Source: Patescibacteria group bacterium
Lineage (GTDB): Bacteria; Patescibacteriota; Microgenomatia; Daviesbacterales; UBA10151
Direction of reading: 5' to 3'
NCBI GenBank assembly: GCA_023379125.1
Contig: JAMCSY010000025.1
Location: 252 to 64,251 of the forward strand
Length of the DNA stretch: 64,000 bases
Numbering within the stretch: the stretch's first letter is position 1; each line of letters begins with the position of its first letter. Positions 28,105 to 37,909 of the stretch are shown in pieces. Under the pieces are notes generated by a model that did no database searches, was not told the origin of the DNA, and saw only the letters and a list, made by a program, of their open reading frames with translations. A program made the position numbers and the translations under genes.

Positions 28105-30491
28105 TTTCTAACTCCTCGATGAACTTTTTTCTCAGTTTCTAAGATAGCCATTGTTGTTTTGATAATAGAATCAGGATTGAGAGAAATACTCTCAATGCCC
28201 AACTCGACTAAAAATTGAGCAAAATCTGGATAATCAGATGGGGCTTGGCCACAAATGCCCACATATTTATGATGTTTTTTAGCAACTTTAATCACTTGCT
28301 TAATCATTGCCTTGACTGATTCTTCTTTCTCATTAGCAATATGGGCCAGATGAGCGTTATCACGATCAATCCCCAAGGTCAGTTGTGTCAAATCATTAGA
28401 GCCAATCGAAAAACCATCAAAAATCTTAATAAACTCCTCAGCCTCAATAATATTACTAGGGATTTCTGCCATCATATAGACCAGCAAATCATCAACACCT
28501 TTTTTCAAACCATATTCCACCATTTTTTGGGCAACTTTTCGTCCCTCTTCTGGAGTACGACAAAACGGTACCATTACCGCAATATTTTTTAAGCCCCATT
28601 CTTCGCGAGCAATTTTAATCGCTTTACACTCTAGGCCAAAGGCATGTTCAAAATTTGGGTCATAGTAGCGAGAAGAACCACGCCAGCCAATCATTGGGTT
28701 TTCCTCTTTAGGTTCATATGCTTCTCCACCAAGCAAAGTAGCATATTCATTAGTTTTGAAATCAGAGAATCTAACAATAATTTTCTTAGGATAAAAAGCA
28801 GCAGCAATTTGCGCTACACCTTGCGCCAATTTTTGAACATAAAAATCGACCTTGTCAGGATAACCTAATGCCAGTTGATCAATTTGCTCTTTTAATTTTT
28901 TATCGGTCAGCTTATCAAAGTTGATAAGGGCATTAGGATGAACTTTAATATGTGAGGCAATAATGAACTCTTCCCGGGCCAGTCCGACACCATCGTTAGG
29001 TAAAAATGAGGCTTCATAAGCTTCATCAGGACTTCCGATATTAATCATAATCTTAGTCTTTGGCTTTTTTAGGTTATTTAAAGAAAATGTTTTTACTTCC
29101 CAGTCACACTTACCCTTCCAAACATAACCTTCTGCTCCAGTTGAACAATCCACTGTGATTAACAGACCATTCTTGATCTTTTCGGTAGCAAACTGTGAGC
29201 CAACAATTGCCGGTATACCTAGTTCCCGGGAGACAATCGCTGCGTGTGAAGTACGTCCCCCCTCATCGGTCACTATTGCCGAGGCAATTTTCATAATTGG
29301 TTCCCAATCTGGATCAGTCATTTTGGTAACCAAAACTTCGCCTTTTTTAAATTGATTGATCTGGGAAGCTGATAAAATTACATGAGCTTCACCATCAGCA
29401 ATCTTGGCACCAACAGAGGCCCCTTTCACAATCATTTCAGTGCTCTTGTGCATAATATAGCTAGTTATTTCTGTCGTGGATTTTCCTGCATGGATAGTTT
29501 CTGGTCTGGCTTGGACAATAAATAATTCCTCACTCACACCATCCTTGGCCCACTCCATATCCATGGGTTTGCCATAATGTTCCTCGATTTGTACAGCCCA
29601 TTTAGCCAGCTGAATGATTTCTTTGTCTTTAAGAGTGAATTGTTGCTGTTTTTCTTTGGGAGTGTCAATTAACTTAGTAGCTTTTGCTTCACTGCCATAA
29701 ATGAGAGTTTGTAATTTAGTCCCCATTTCCTTGGCGATGATTGAAGGAAAACCTTTTTTTAAAGTTTCTTTGTGGATTTGGAACTCGTCAGGAATTACTG
29801 CCCCTTGGACAATCATTTCTCCTAAACCCCATGAAGAGTTAATAACCACTACTCCTGGAAAGCCAGTATCAGGATCAATTGAAAACATTACTCCGGAGCA
29901 AGCCTTATCTGACCGAACCATTTTTTGTATTCCAACTGAAAGATAAATTTTAGTATGATCAAAACCTTTATCTTCCCGATAGGAGATAGCCCGGTCAGTA
30001 AATAGTGAAGCAAAGCATTCTTTGGTGGCAGTTAACAGCTTCTCAATACCTACAATATCTAAGTAAGTTTCTTGTTCGCCAGCAAAAGATGCCCCGGGTA
30101 AATCTTCGGCAGTTGCTGAAGAGCGAACAGCCACATCGACGTTGGCAACTTTAAATTGATGAGATAATTGCTGATAAGCCTCTTCTAACTCTGTTATTAA
30201 TTGTTCTGGGAGTTTAGCATCAACGATTGCTTGGCGGATTTTTCTACCTCTTGCTTGTAGATTAGCCAGATTTTTGGTGTCTAAGTCGGCCAAAACTTCT
30301 TTAATTAAAACATCCAGCTGATTTGCCTGGAGAAATTCTTGGTAAGCATCAGCAGTAATGGCAAAACCATTAGGGATATTAACACCTCTTTTTGTCAGCT
30401 TGCGGTACATCTCTCCCAGTGAGGCATTTTTACCTCCAACCTTGGGGACATCAGCAATGGTTAGGTCTTTAAACCAAATAATTCTTTGCAT
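28092..30491 (-). CDS. ppsA: phosphoenolpyruvate synthase (pyruvate, water dikinase)
   Basis: N-terminal ATP-grasp (VGGKNASLGEM), phosphohistidine domain (GGRTSHAAIVSRELGIPAIVG), PEP-utilising C-terminal domain. Confidence 0.9.
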   Translation of the reverse strand: MQRIIWFKDLTIADVPKVGGKNASLGEMYRKLTKRGVNIPNGFAITADAYQEFLQANQLDVLIKEVLADLDTKNLANLQARGRKIRQAIVDAKLPEQLITELEEAYQQLSHQFKVANVDVAVRSSATAEDLPGASFAGEQETYLDIVGIEKLLTATKECFASLFTDRAISYREDKGFDHTKIYLSVGIQKMVRSDKACSGVMFSIDPDTGFPGVVVINSSWGLGEMIVQGAVIPDEFQIHKETLKKGFPSIIAKEMGTKLQTLIYGSEAKATKLIDTPKEKQQQFTLKDKEIIQLAKWAVQIEEHYGKPMDMEWAKDGVSEELFIVQARPETIHAGKSTTEITSYIMHKSTEMIVKGASVGAKIADGEAHVILSASQINQFKKGEVLVTKMTDPDWEPIMKIASAIVTDEGGRTSHAAIVSRELGIPAIVGSQFATEKIKNGLLITVDCSTGAEGYVWKGKCDWEVKTFSLNNLKKPKTKIMINIGSPDEAYEASFLPNDGVGLAREEFIIASHIKVHPNALINFDKLTDKKLKEQIDQLALGYPDKVDFYVQKLAQGVAQIAAAFYPKKIIVRFSDFKTNEYATLLGGEAYEPKEENPMIGWRGSSRYYDPNFEHAFGLECKAIKIAREEWGLKNIAVMVPFCRTPEEGRKVAQKMVEYGLKKGVDDLLVYMMAEIPSNIIEAEEFIKIFDGFSIGSNDLTQLTLGIDRDNAHLAHIANEKEESVKAMIKQVIKVAKKHHKYVGICGQAPSDYPDFAQFLVELGIESISLNPDSIIKTTMAILETEKKVHRGVRKWLK

Positions 30492-30552
30492 AGGCAGAAA
30501 GCTTCTTTAAGGTTAACACAGAAGGTTTCTTAGAGTAAAGGGTAAAAAATCC

Positions 30553-30626
30553 GGTCGGGGTGGGGAGAGTTGAACTCCCTACATCTGGACCCCCAGCCCA
30601 GCGTTCTACCGGTGAACTACACCCCG
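30553..30626 (-). tRNA. tRNA-Pro (anticodon GGG)
   Basis: Hand fold: 7-bp acceptor C1:G72 with A73, U8, A14, G18G19, anticodon loop CUGGGGG (U33, G37), T-loop TTCAACT; the 3' end encodes CC then G, so the CCA is incomplete. Confidence 0.85.
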
Positions 30627-30832
30627 AATCTGCAAGAGGGGAGAAGAGGTCAGTGGATGTTAGCTTAAAAGCACTGACGTTCTCTGATTATGTAAAGATT
30701 TTAGCAAAATTTACTAGATAAAGCTATTATTCTTATAGCTTCCCTACTCTATTAGTATGTATCCATACAGCAAAGCAATATCAAATCTGGATAGTTGAAA
30801 TATAAAAACATGTTGATATAATACTAATTAAG

Positions 30833-31906
30833 ATGCCTCAGACAAATTCCACTGCAAAATCTGCTGCTGTCTTAGCCGCTATGCAGCAAATCCAAAAACA
30901 ATATGGTACTGGCTCGATTATGAGGTTAGGGGAGCGGGTAGAGAAGATGTCCATCGATACAATTCCCACCGGCTCCTTAGCGCTAGATTTAGCCCTGGGC
31001 GTAGGAGGTTTGCCTAAAGGCAGGATCGTTGAGATATATGGTCCGGAGGCTTCAGGTAAAACCAGTATTGCCTTGCATGTCATTGCTGAGACTCAAAAGC
31101 GAGGAGGCGTAGCTGCTTTTATTGATGCCGAGCATGCTTTAGATCCGGTCAGAGCGCAAAGGATCGGTGTTAACTTAGATGATTTGTTAATTTCTCAGCC
31201 CGATACTGGTGAGCAAGCTTTGGAAATTGCGGAAACTTTGATTCGTTCCGGTGGTGTGGATGTTATCGTTATTGATTCAGTAGCCGCACTGGTACCTAAG
31301 GCAGAAATTGAAGGTGAAATGGGTGATGCCATGGTGGGAGTCCAGGCTAGATTAATGTCTCAGGCTTTAAGAAAGTTAACTGGAGCAATCTCCAACACTA
31401 ATACTATTGCGATTTTTACAAATCAGTTAAGACAAAAAATCGGGGTGATGTTTGGCAATCCGGAAACAACTCCGGGTGGGCTGGCCCTAAAATTTTATGC
31501 CTCGGTCAGGTTAGATATCAGAAAGATTGAAAATATTAAAGTAGATAATGAAGTTGTGGGTTCCAGGCATCGTGTCAAAGTTGTTAAAAATAAAGTAGCT
31601 CCCCCATTTCGAACTGCCGAATTTGATATGGATTCTGATGGTATTTCTCATAACGGTGAACTTTTAGATATTGGTATTGAGCTAGGGATCTTAACTAAAT
31701 CTGGGGCTTTTATAAAATGGGTAGATAAGATGTTAGGGCAAGGCAGGCAAGCAGCCATTGACTACCTTAAGGAAAATTCCAAGGAAGCAGAAAGATTAGA
31801 AAAAGAGATCAGGGAAATTTGGAACAAACAGAAAACTGGTCAGGAAATAGTTGTTGGTAAAGAAGAAGGTGTTGAGGAAAATGGGGTAGCTAAAGAAGAG
31901 GTTTAA
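30833..31906 (+). CDS. recA: recombinase RecA
   Basis: Walker [11 protein letters not shown]1/L2 loop motifs. Confidence 0.95.
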   Translation: MPQTNSTAKSAAVLAAMQQIQKQYGTGSIMRLGERVEKMSIDTIPTGSLALDLALGVGGLPKGRIVEIYGPEASGKTSIALHVIAETQKRGGVAAFIDAEHALDPVRAQRIGVNLDDLLISQPDTGEQALEIAETLIRSGGVDVIVIDSVAALVPKAEIEGEMGDAMVGVQARLMSQALRKLTGAISNTNTIAIFTNQLRQKIGVMFGNPETTPGGLALKFYASVRLDIRKIENIKVDNEVVGSRHRVKVVKNKVAPPFRTAEFDMDSDGISHNGELLDIGIELGILTKSGAFIKWVDKMLGQGRQAAIDYLKENSKEAERLEKEIREIWNKQKTGQEIVVGKEEGVEENGVAKEEV

Positions 31907-31931
31907 TCTTATCAAACTTGGCTTAAGACTA

Positions 31932-32594
31932 ATGCCAAAAATTACCACTGTAGAACTGCAAAAAAAGAACCCTCATCGTTTTAATGTTTATCTTGATGGT
32001 CAGTTTGCTTTTGGTGCAGACGATGATCTACTAGTTGAGTACAAAATTATCTCAGGTAAAGAAATTACTCAACAAGAACTAGATAAATTATTATTTGCGG
32101 CTGAGATCGGTAAGCTATTGGAAAAACTGTACGGACTTTTAACAATCAGGCAAAGGTCCAAAAAAGAAATTGTCGATTATTTGCATCGTCTGTCTTTTAA
32201 AAGGCAGATCAAGAATCAAGATCCTCTCTCAGATGCTGTGGTTAATCAGCTGATACAAAGACTTGAACAAAAAGCTTTAATCAATGATTTACAGTTTGCC
32301 AAAAGTTGGGTGGCAGCCAGGCGAAAATCTAAACAAAAAGGTCTACAAGCTTTAAAAACTGAGCTTTACCAGAAAGGAATATCAAGAGAGATTATTGAGG
32401 AGGTTCTAGCTCAAGATCATTCTGAGTTTGATGAAGAAATTTTAGCTGAACAGGCTCTGCAGAAAAAACTGAAAGCATGGAGTCAATTGCCTCAAGTTGA
32501 TTTTCGAAAAAAAGCTACTGAATTTTTACTTCGCAGAGGGTTTAACTACTCAATAGTTACTAATCTTATTGCAAAGATTTCCCAAAAAAGGTAG
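31932..32594 (+). CDS. recX: regulatory protein RecX
   Basis: Lies immediately downstream of recA; three-repeat helical RecX pattern. Confidence 0.8.
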   Translation: MPKITTVELQKKNPHRFNVYLDGQFAFGADDDLLVEYKIISGKEITQQELDKLLFAAEIGKLLEKLYGLLTIRQRSKKEIVDYLHRLSFKRQIKNQDPLSDAVVNQLIQRLEQKALINDLQFAKSWVAARRKSKQKGLQALKTELYQKGISREIIEEVLAQDHSEFDEEILAEQALQKKLKAWSQLPQVDFRKKATEFLLRRGFNYSIVTNLIAKISQKR

Positions 32595-32805
32595 AATATC
32601 TTATCTTAAGAAAGATATTGAGGAAATTATGGATATTAAAGGAGTTGACAACCATAACCAATATTTTCTTCAGCCCCTAATTTAGGGGAAACTTTGATGC
32701 AACTATCTTTCTGAGATTATTCTAGTCAGCAGAAGGTATCATGAATTTTTGGCATTTTAGCTTAACGTTAGTTAGTAGATAAATCCAAAAAGTCCATATG
32801 AAATA

Positions 32806-34146
32806 ATGCAAAAAAATTTTGGTCCAGGTAATAATCAAAATGATCAAAACCCTAGTCAAAACGGGGATTTTGTCAAACAGGAAACAGAGCTAGCACGTCG
32901 AGAAGGAATTTTAGAAGAGCGGGAAAGAATTATATCTGAAAAACAAAGAGAAGTTGATGAACATTTAGCTGATTTGGAAAAAAAGAGAAAAGACTTAATC
33001 TCTAAGTTGGAAAAATCAGCAGCTATGTCTGAAAATGATGCCCAGAAATTACTTTTAGAAAACGTAGAGAAAGACTTATCCTCAGAGATTTCTAAACGTA
33101 TTAAGCAATCAGAAGATGAAATTAAACTTGAATCAGACAAGCGAGCCAGAGAATTGTTGGCTGAAGCTATGTTACACGGAGTAACAGATTTTGTAGCAGA
33201 GTTTACTACCTCCCAAGTTGAATTACCTGATGAAGAAATGAAAGGTAGGATTATCGGTAAAGAAGGTCGTAATGTGCGTACTTTTGAAAATGCTACTGGT
33301 GTGGATGTTTTGATGGATGAAACACCAGGAGTATTAATTTTGTCTTCTTTTGATCCAGTCAGAAGAGAAATTGCGAAAATTGCCCTACAAAGGTTGATGC
33401 AAGATGGGCGAATCCAGCCACAACGTATTGAAGAGATTGTGGACAGTACCCGTGCTGATGTGGAAAAACTAATGTGCCAAGCTGGTGAGGATCTTTGCCA
33501 TGAAGTTAATGTTTATAATTTGCCCTCAGAGCTTATTTGCTTATTAGGAAGATTTAAATATCGATATTCTTATGGGCAAAATATGATTCAACATACTTTA
33601 GAAGAAACAAAAATAGGAATTGCTTTGGCTAAACTACTTGGAGCCAATGTAAATATTGTTAGATTAGGTTGTTTATTACATGATATCGGAAAAATAGTTA
33701 CTGAAGGGGATGAGGGAACACATGTTGAGAAGGGCGTTCAAGTTGCCAAGAAGTATGGACTGCCTGATGCAGTGATAAATTGCATTGCTGAACATCACGA
33801 GGATAAACCCTTCTCTTCAGTAGAATCAATTATTTGTTATATTGCTGATGCAATTTCTGGAGCCAGGCCAGGTGCCAGAAGAGAGGATGTTGAAAGCTAT
33901 ATCAAGAGAATTGATGACATTGAAAAAATTGCTACTTCATTTGAAGGGGTAGATAAGGCTTTTGCTGTAGCTGCAGGAAGAGAAGTAAGAGTAATAGTAT
34001 TTCCAGACAAAATTTCTGATGATGAGCTACCTAAACTCACTCATGATATTGCTCAGCAGATATCCCAGGAAGTAATGGTGCCTGGCCAGGTTAAAGTGAC
34101 TGCGATTAGAGAAGTGCGAGCAGCTGAGTATACAATGACCTCCTAG
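32806..34146 (+). CDS. rny: ribonuclease Y (KH + HD domains; no N-terminal TM)
   Basis: KH motif GRIIGKEGRNVR; HD domain LLHDIGK. Confidence 0.85.
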   Translation: MQKNFGPGNNQNDQNPSQNGDFVKQETELARREGILEERERIISEKQREVDEHLADLEKKRKDLISKLEKSAAMSENDAQKLLLENVEKDLSSEISKRIKQSEDEIKLESDKRARELLAEAMLHGVTDFVAEFTTSQVELPDEEMKGRIIGKEGRNVRTFENATGVDVLMDETPGVLILSSFDPVRREIAKIALQRLMQDGRIQPQRIEEIVDSTRADVEKLMCQAGEDLCHEVNVYNLPSELICLLGRFKYRYSYGQNMIQHTLEETKIGIALAKLLGANVNIVRLGCLLHDIGKIVTEGDEGTHVEKGVQVAKKYGLPDAVINCIAEHHEDKPFSSVESIICYIADAISGARPGARREDVESYIKRIDDIEKIATSFEGVDKAFAVAAGREVRVIVFPDKISDDELPKLTHDIAQQISQEVMVPGQVKVTAIREVRAAEYTMTS

Positions 34147-34270
34147 TCTGTTTACTCTTTACAAAGTCTAGCTTTTTTGCTAAATTCAATTCAGGTATGA
34201 TCAAGAATATAATCTAGCCTTTTAGTCAAAAGATATTAAATAAGGCTAATTATTTTTTCATATTTGTACT

Positions 34271-34543
34271 ATGACGAAAAATGAGTTGATTGAAAAAGTT
34301 GCTAAGAAGTCTTCACTGACGAAAAGAGCAGCCGCAGACGCGGTGAATTCAACTTTTGATTTGATCAGAGATTCGCTGACCCGCGGTGAGAAAGTAATCA
34401 TCACAGGCTTCGGCACTTTTTTGATTAGGAAGCGTGCTGCTAGGCGTGGTCGCAATCCTCAAACTGGGCAGACGATACAGATCCCAGGAAAAAAGTTACC
34501 AGGTTTTACAGCAGGAAAAACTATTAAAAGATTAATTAAATAA
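34271..34543 (+). CDS. hup: DNA-binding protein HU
   Basis: MTKxELIxxVA N-terminus; GFGxF ... RNPxTG arm motif. Confidence 0.9.
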   Translation: MTKNELIEKVAKKSSLTKRAAADAVNSTFDLIRDSLTRGEKVIITGFGTFLIRKRAARRGRNPQTGQTIQIPGKKLPGFTAGKTIKRLIK

Positions 34544-34596
34544 CTCCCCTTGTTTGTTTGACATTTGTTTCTGTCAGTAATATATTGTATCCATAC

Positions 34597-34887
34597 ATGT
34601 CAAAGCCAAGTATTGACCGTGTTGTTAACGTACCTGACGAGATGATCCGTAAACTATTAACTGATAGTGAAATCAGGATGGTTAAACAGCGTCTATTAAT
34701 TATTAATCTGCTTGATGAAGGTTTGTCTATTCGTCAGGTGGCTGAAAAAGCTAAGGTAGGCACGGATACAGTGGTTAGAGTGGCCCGTATGGCCCAAAAA
34801 CATAGCTTGCGCAAGAATCCTCATAGCAGACGAACAATGAAAAAAGTTCCTGGCAAAACTGCTTGGATTTTTGGTAGATCAGAGTAA
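34597..34887 (+). CDS. TrpR-like YerC/YecD-family protein
   Basis: LTDSEIRMVKQRLLIINLLDEGLSIRQVAEKAKVGTDTVVRV matches the YerC/YecD family; start adjusted from TTG 34558 to ATG 34597. Confidence 0.6.
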   Translation: MSKPSIDRVVNVPDEMIRKLLTDSEIRMVKQRLLIINLLDEGLSIRQVAEKAKVGTDTVVRVARMAQKHSLRKNPHSRRTMKKVPGKTAWIFGRSE

Positions 34888-35480
34888 CTGTAACGTTTCC
34901 CGTAGTTTGTTTAATTGTTGCCGACATAATTTTAAATCTGGATTGCTGGTTATAATGTGATCTGCTTTTTCTAAGGCTTGCCTGGTCAATATCTTTTAAA
35001 AGTTCTGCCAATTTCATGTATCCGCCAGAAACCCAGACATCTTTATTGTACTTATCCTCGGTTTGGTTGGCCTCGAGTTCAGCGATATGTTGTGATAATC
35101 TCACAAGAGCGCTTTTATCACCTACTTGATATTCGGCAAAGCTGAGGTGAATTTTAATATCAGTAACTATCACTGGACGATTAAAGCTTGCCGGAGGGTT
35201 ATGTAGCATGTTTGCTAAAGCCTCTTGATAGAACTTGACAGCTTGTTGGTGGTTGCCTAAAGTTTCCTCAGCTTTGGCTAAATTATAAAGCGGGTACTGC
35301 CAATGCCTGTGGATCATGGCTATTTTTAGCGATTTCAACAGCGGAATTTGCTGATGACTTAGCCAGAATTAAAAAATTCTGATCTTGAGTCTGTTCAAAA
35401 AGATGACGAAATGTGAGAAAGCGGGACGCCAAAACTTCAGTAAACCCAATCGTATTTCCTTCCTGTTGATAAGCTAACAT
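34775..35480 (-). pseudogene. TPR-repeat protein gene split by a frameshift
   Basis: Two consecutive minus-strand ORFs in different frames (35480..35283 and 35338..34775); spliced translation reads as continuous TPR (…ALAVPAL|YNLAKAEETLGNHQQAVKFYQEALA…); T5 run at the junction; the 3' end also overlaps the yerC-like gene by ~110 nt. Confidence 0.5.
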
Positions 35481-35526
35481 TTTTGACTCAATATCAAAAA
35501 AAGCTCATAGGATATAATTACGACAG

Positions 35527-36507
35527 ATGAACCAAAAAATTTTGGTGATAATGGGTCTGACTACCACCGGTAAAACCGATTTAGCGCTTAAGTTTGCTCG
35601 GAAACTTAATGGCGAGTTAATCTCTTGTGATTCGCGACAAGTTTTTACTGGTCTTGATCTTGGCACTGGTAAATTGCCTAGTCAGGAAAAAACAGTCAAA
35701 ATTGAAAAATTTCCTGGTCATTGGAGAATAGATGGTGTTTTGGTACATATGTATGATGTAGCAGATCCTCGACAAAGATATACGGTGAAAAATTACACTG
35801 ACCAGGCTGAGGAAGTCATCAGCAATATTATAAAGAACAGAAAACTTCCTATTATAGTGGGTGGTACTGGACTATATCTCAAAGCTTTACTTGAGGGTTT
35901 GCCAAACTTGGCTATTCCAGACGATCTTTCTAAGAGGGGAGATCTAGCGAAGTTGAATCTTAAAGATCTGCAGGAGCAATTAATTAAACTTAGTCCGCAA
36001 AAATGGCAATCTCTAAATATGTCAGATCGTCAGAATCCAAGAAGACTTCTCCGCTCTATTGAATTATTAAATATGAATCCATACAGCAATACAAGAATAA
36101 AACAATTGGGTTTAGAATCTAAATTTAATGTTTTAAAAATAGGTTTGACTGCTCCACGGCCTATAATTAACAATCGTATTAATTTACGTTTGTCTGCAAG
36201 AATTCAGCAAGGTTTAATGGAAGAGGCAAGGAAATTGTATAGTCAGGGCTTGAGTTTAGATCGGATGAAAGAGTTAGGCTTAGAATATGGTTGTTTAGCT
36301 GATTTATTAGCAAAACAAATAGACAAACATCAATTTGAACTGGATTTACAAAATAAAATACACCAATTTGCCAAAAGACAATGGACTTGGTTCAAGAAGG
36401 TAAAAAAAGTGTATTGGTTTGATATTACTGCTACAGATTGGACTACTCAGGTAGATAATTTAACACACTCATGGTACTATTCAGGCAAAGAGGGAGCTTT
36501 GGGCTGA
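35527..36507 (+). CDS. miaA: tRNA dimethylallyltransferase
   Basis: P-loop GLTTTGKT and DSRQVFxGLDIGTGK motifs. Confidence 0.9.
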   Translation: MNQKILVIMGLTTTGKTDLALKFARKLNGELISCDSRQVFTGLDLGTGKLPSQEKTVKIEKFPGHWRIDGVLVHMYDVADPRQRYTVKNYTDQAEEVISNIIKNRKLPIIVGGTGLYLKALLEGLPNLAIPDDLSKRGDLAKLNLKDLQEQLIKLSPQKWQSLNMSDRQNPRRLLRSIELLNMNPYSNTRIKQLGLESKFNVLKIGLTAPRPIINNRINLRLSARIQQGLMEEARKLYSQGLSLDRMKELGLEYGCLADLLAKQIDKHQFELDLQNKIHQFAKRQWTWFKKVKKVYWFDITATDWTTQVDNLTHSWYYSGKEGALG

Positions 36508-37484
36508 TGAATAAAAGAGTTGATATATCTTATCGTACGGTTGTTTTTATCACGATTTTTTTCCTGCTTTTATGGATCCTTTTTTTGATTCGAGACATTA
36601 TTTTACTGCTTTTTGTCGCCTTCATCTTTATGTCGGCAATTTCACCATTAGTCGAAAGATTAGTTAAAATTAGAATACCTCGCCCACTCGCTATTTTAAT
36701 CTGTTTTATTTTTATAGTTGGAGCTTTTATCTTGATGGTGACATTTGGATTTACACCATTAATTAATCAGATTGCTGGATTATCGGAAAAATTAGCAGAT
36801 ATCATTGGGACTTTGGTTAATTCAAAATTTGTCGATCAATCGATCATCAATCAAGAGTTGAGTAGCTTGTCTCATCAAGTAATTAATTTTACTGTGGGTT
36901 TATTTGAGAATTTAATTGGCTTTGTCAGTGTAGTAGTAATGACTTTTTATCTGTTGTTAGACCGGGAGAAAATTGAAGGTAAAACAATTGGTCTTTTTAC
37001 TGGAAATCAAGAGAAGGTACAAAGATTAATTAGGAAAATTGAATATAAACTAGGTGCTTGGTTGAGAGGTCAATTAATATTATCGGCTTTAATCGGCATT
37101 TTGTCATATACAGGTTTGCGCATATTAGGGATTGAGAACGCTTTGCCACTTGCTATTTTGGCGGGATTTTTAGAAGTTGTGCCAGTAATTGGTCCAATAA
37201 TCTCTGCCATTCCAGCAATTTTACTTGCCTTAACTATTTCGCCTTTCACTGCTGCCTTGGTTGCCTTATTATATTTAGCGATTCAGCAATTAGAAGGACA
37301 TATTGTGGTACCACAGGTGATGAAGCGAGCAGTTGGGTTAAATCCTTTGCTAGTCATCCTTGCTATCTCGGTTGGGGGACGTTTATTAGGTATAGCTGGA
37401 GCACTACTCGCTGTTCCTATTGCTGTTGTTATCCAAGTGATAATTGAAGAGGTTCTAACCCCTTCTCATCTGCATGAGATTTGA
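36507..37484 (+). CDS. AI-2E family transporter (PerM/YhhT-like)
   Basis: 8 TM; C-terminal PLLVILAISxGGxLxGIxGALLAVP motif; ATG overlaps the miaA TGA (ATGA). Confidence 0.8.
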   Translation: MNKRVDISYRTVVFITIFFLLLWILFLIRDIILLLFVAFIFMSAISPLVERLVKIRIPRPLAILICFIFIVGAFILMVTFGFTPLINQIAGLSEKLADIIGTLVNSKFVDQSIINQELSSLSHQVINFTVGLFENLIGFVSVVVMTFYLLLDREKIEGKTIGLFTGNQEKVQRLIRKIEYKLGAWLRGQLILSALIGILSYTGLRILGIENALPLAILAGFLEVVPVIGPIISAIPAILLALTISPFTAALVALLYLAIQQLEGHIVVPQVMKRAVGLNPLLVILAISVGGRLLGIAGALLAVPIAVVIQVIIEEVLTPSHLHEI

Positions 37485-37510
37485 TATAGATTACCTGAAA
37501 ATGGTATAAT
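37482..37510 (+). promoter_or_regulatory. sigma-70-like promoter (TTGATA-N17-TATAAT)
   Basis: Near-consensus hexamers with 17-nt spacer, located directly upstream of the RNase P-like element. Confidence 0.55.
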
Positions 37511-37517
37511 TTTTGTG

Positions 37518-37700
37518 CCTAGGAGGTGGACGATACTCAGAAGTAATTTTGAGAGGAAAGTCCAGACAGCATAGAGTAAGGTGCCCGCCACAAGGCGTGG
37601 AGCCGTAAGGCCTAGTTAGAGTAACAGAGACGAGCTGGGTGGCGCCAGATGAAACGATCAAGCGACTGGATTCCATAATTTTGTGGAGACAATCCTCCCT
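37518..37700 (+). ncRNA. rnpB: RNase P RNA-like element (type A-like P4 and 3' motifs; apparently lacks the S-domain; 3' boundary uncertain)
   Basis: GAGAGGAAAGTCCAGACAGCATAGAGTAAGGTGCC matches bacterial CR-I (GAGGAAAGUCCGGGCUCCAUAGGGCAGGGUGCC) at ~28/33 positions; downstream AGATGAAACGATCAAGCGACTGGATTCC resembles the AGAUGAAUGAC...ACAGAACCCGGCUUA region, with CTGGATT complementary to the P4 5' strand; GNRA hairpin gccGTAAggc. Confidence 0.5.
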
Positions 37701-37909
37701 GCTGCAATCCTAGAATTAGTCGGACTACTCGTCCTAAGACTTAAATCAGGAGCACTCCGTCAAATACGGAGATGAAGTGACTTTTTAATCACATCATAGA
37801 TAAATTTCGTCAGCTTAATAGAATTCTCAATAATATTAAGCGACAGAATCTGGCTTACAGCTTCCTAGGCATTGAGAGAATCTCAGATACTTCTTTTCAA
37901 ACTCCTTGC

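Noticed and set aside
37491-37676. 61-aa minus-strand ORF
   Set aside because: It lies wholly inside the RNase P-like conserved motif region on the opposite strand, and has no RBS.
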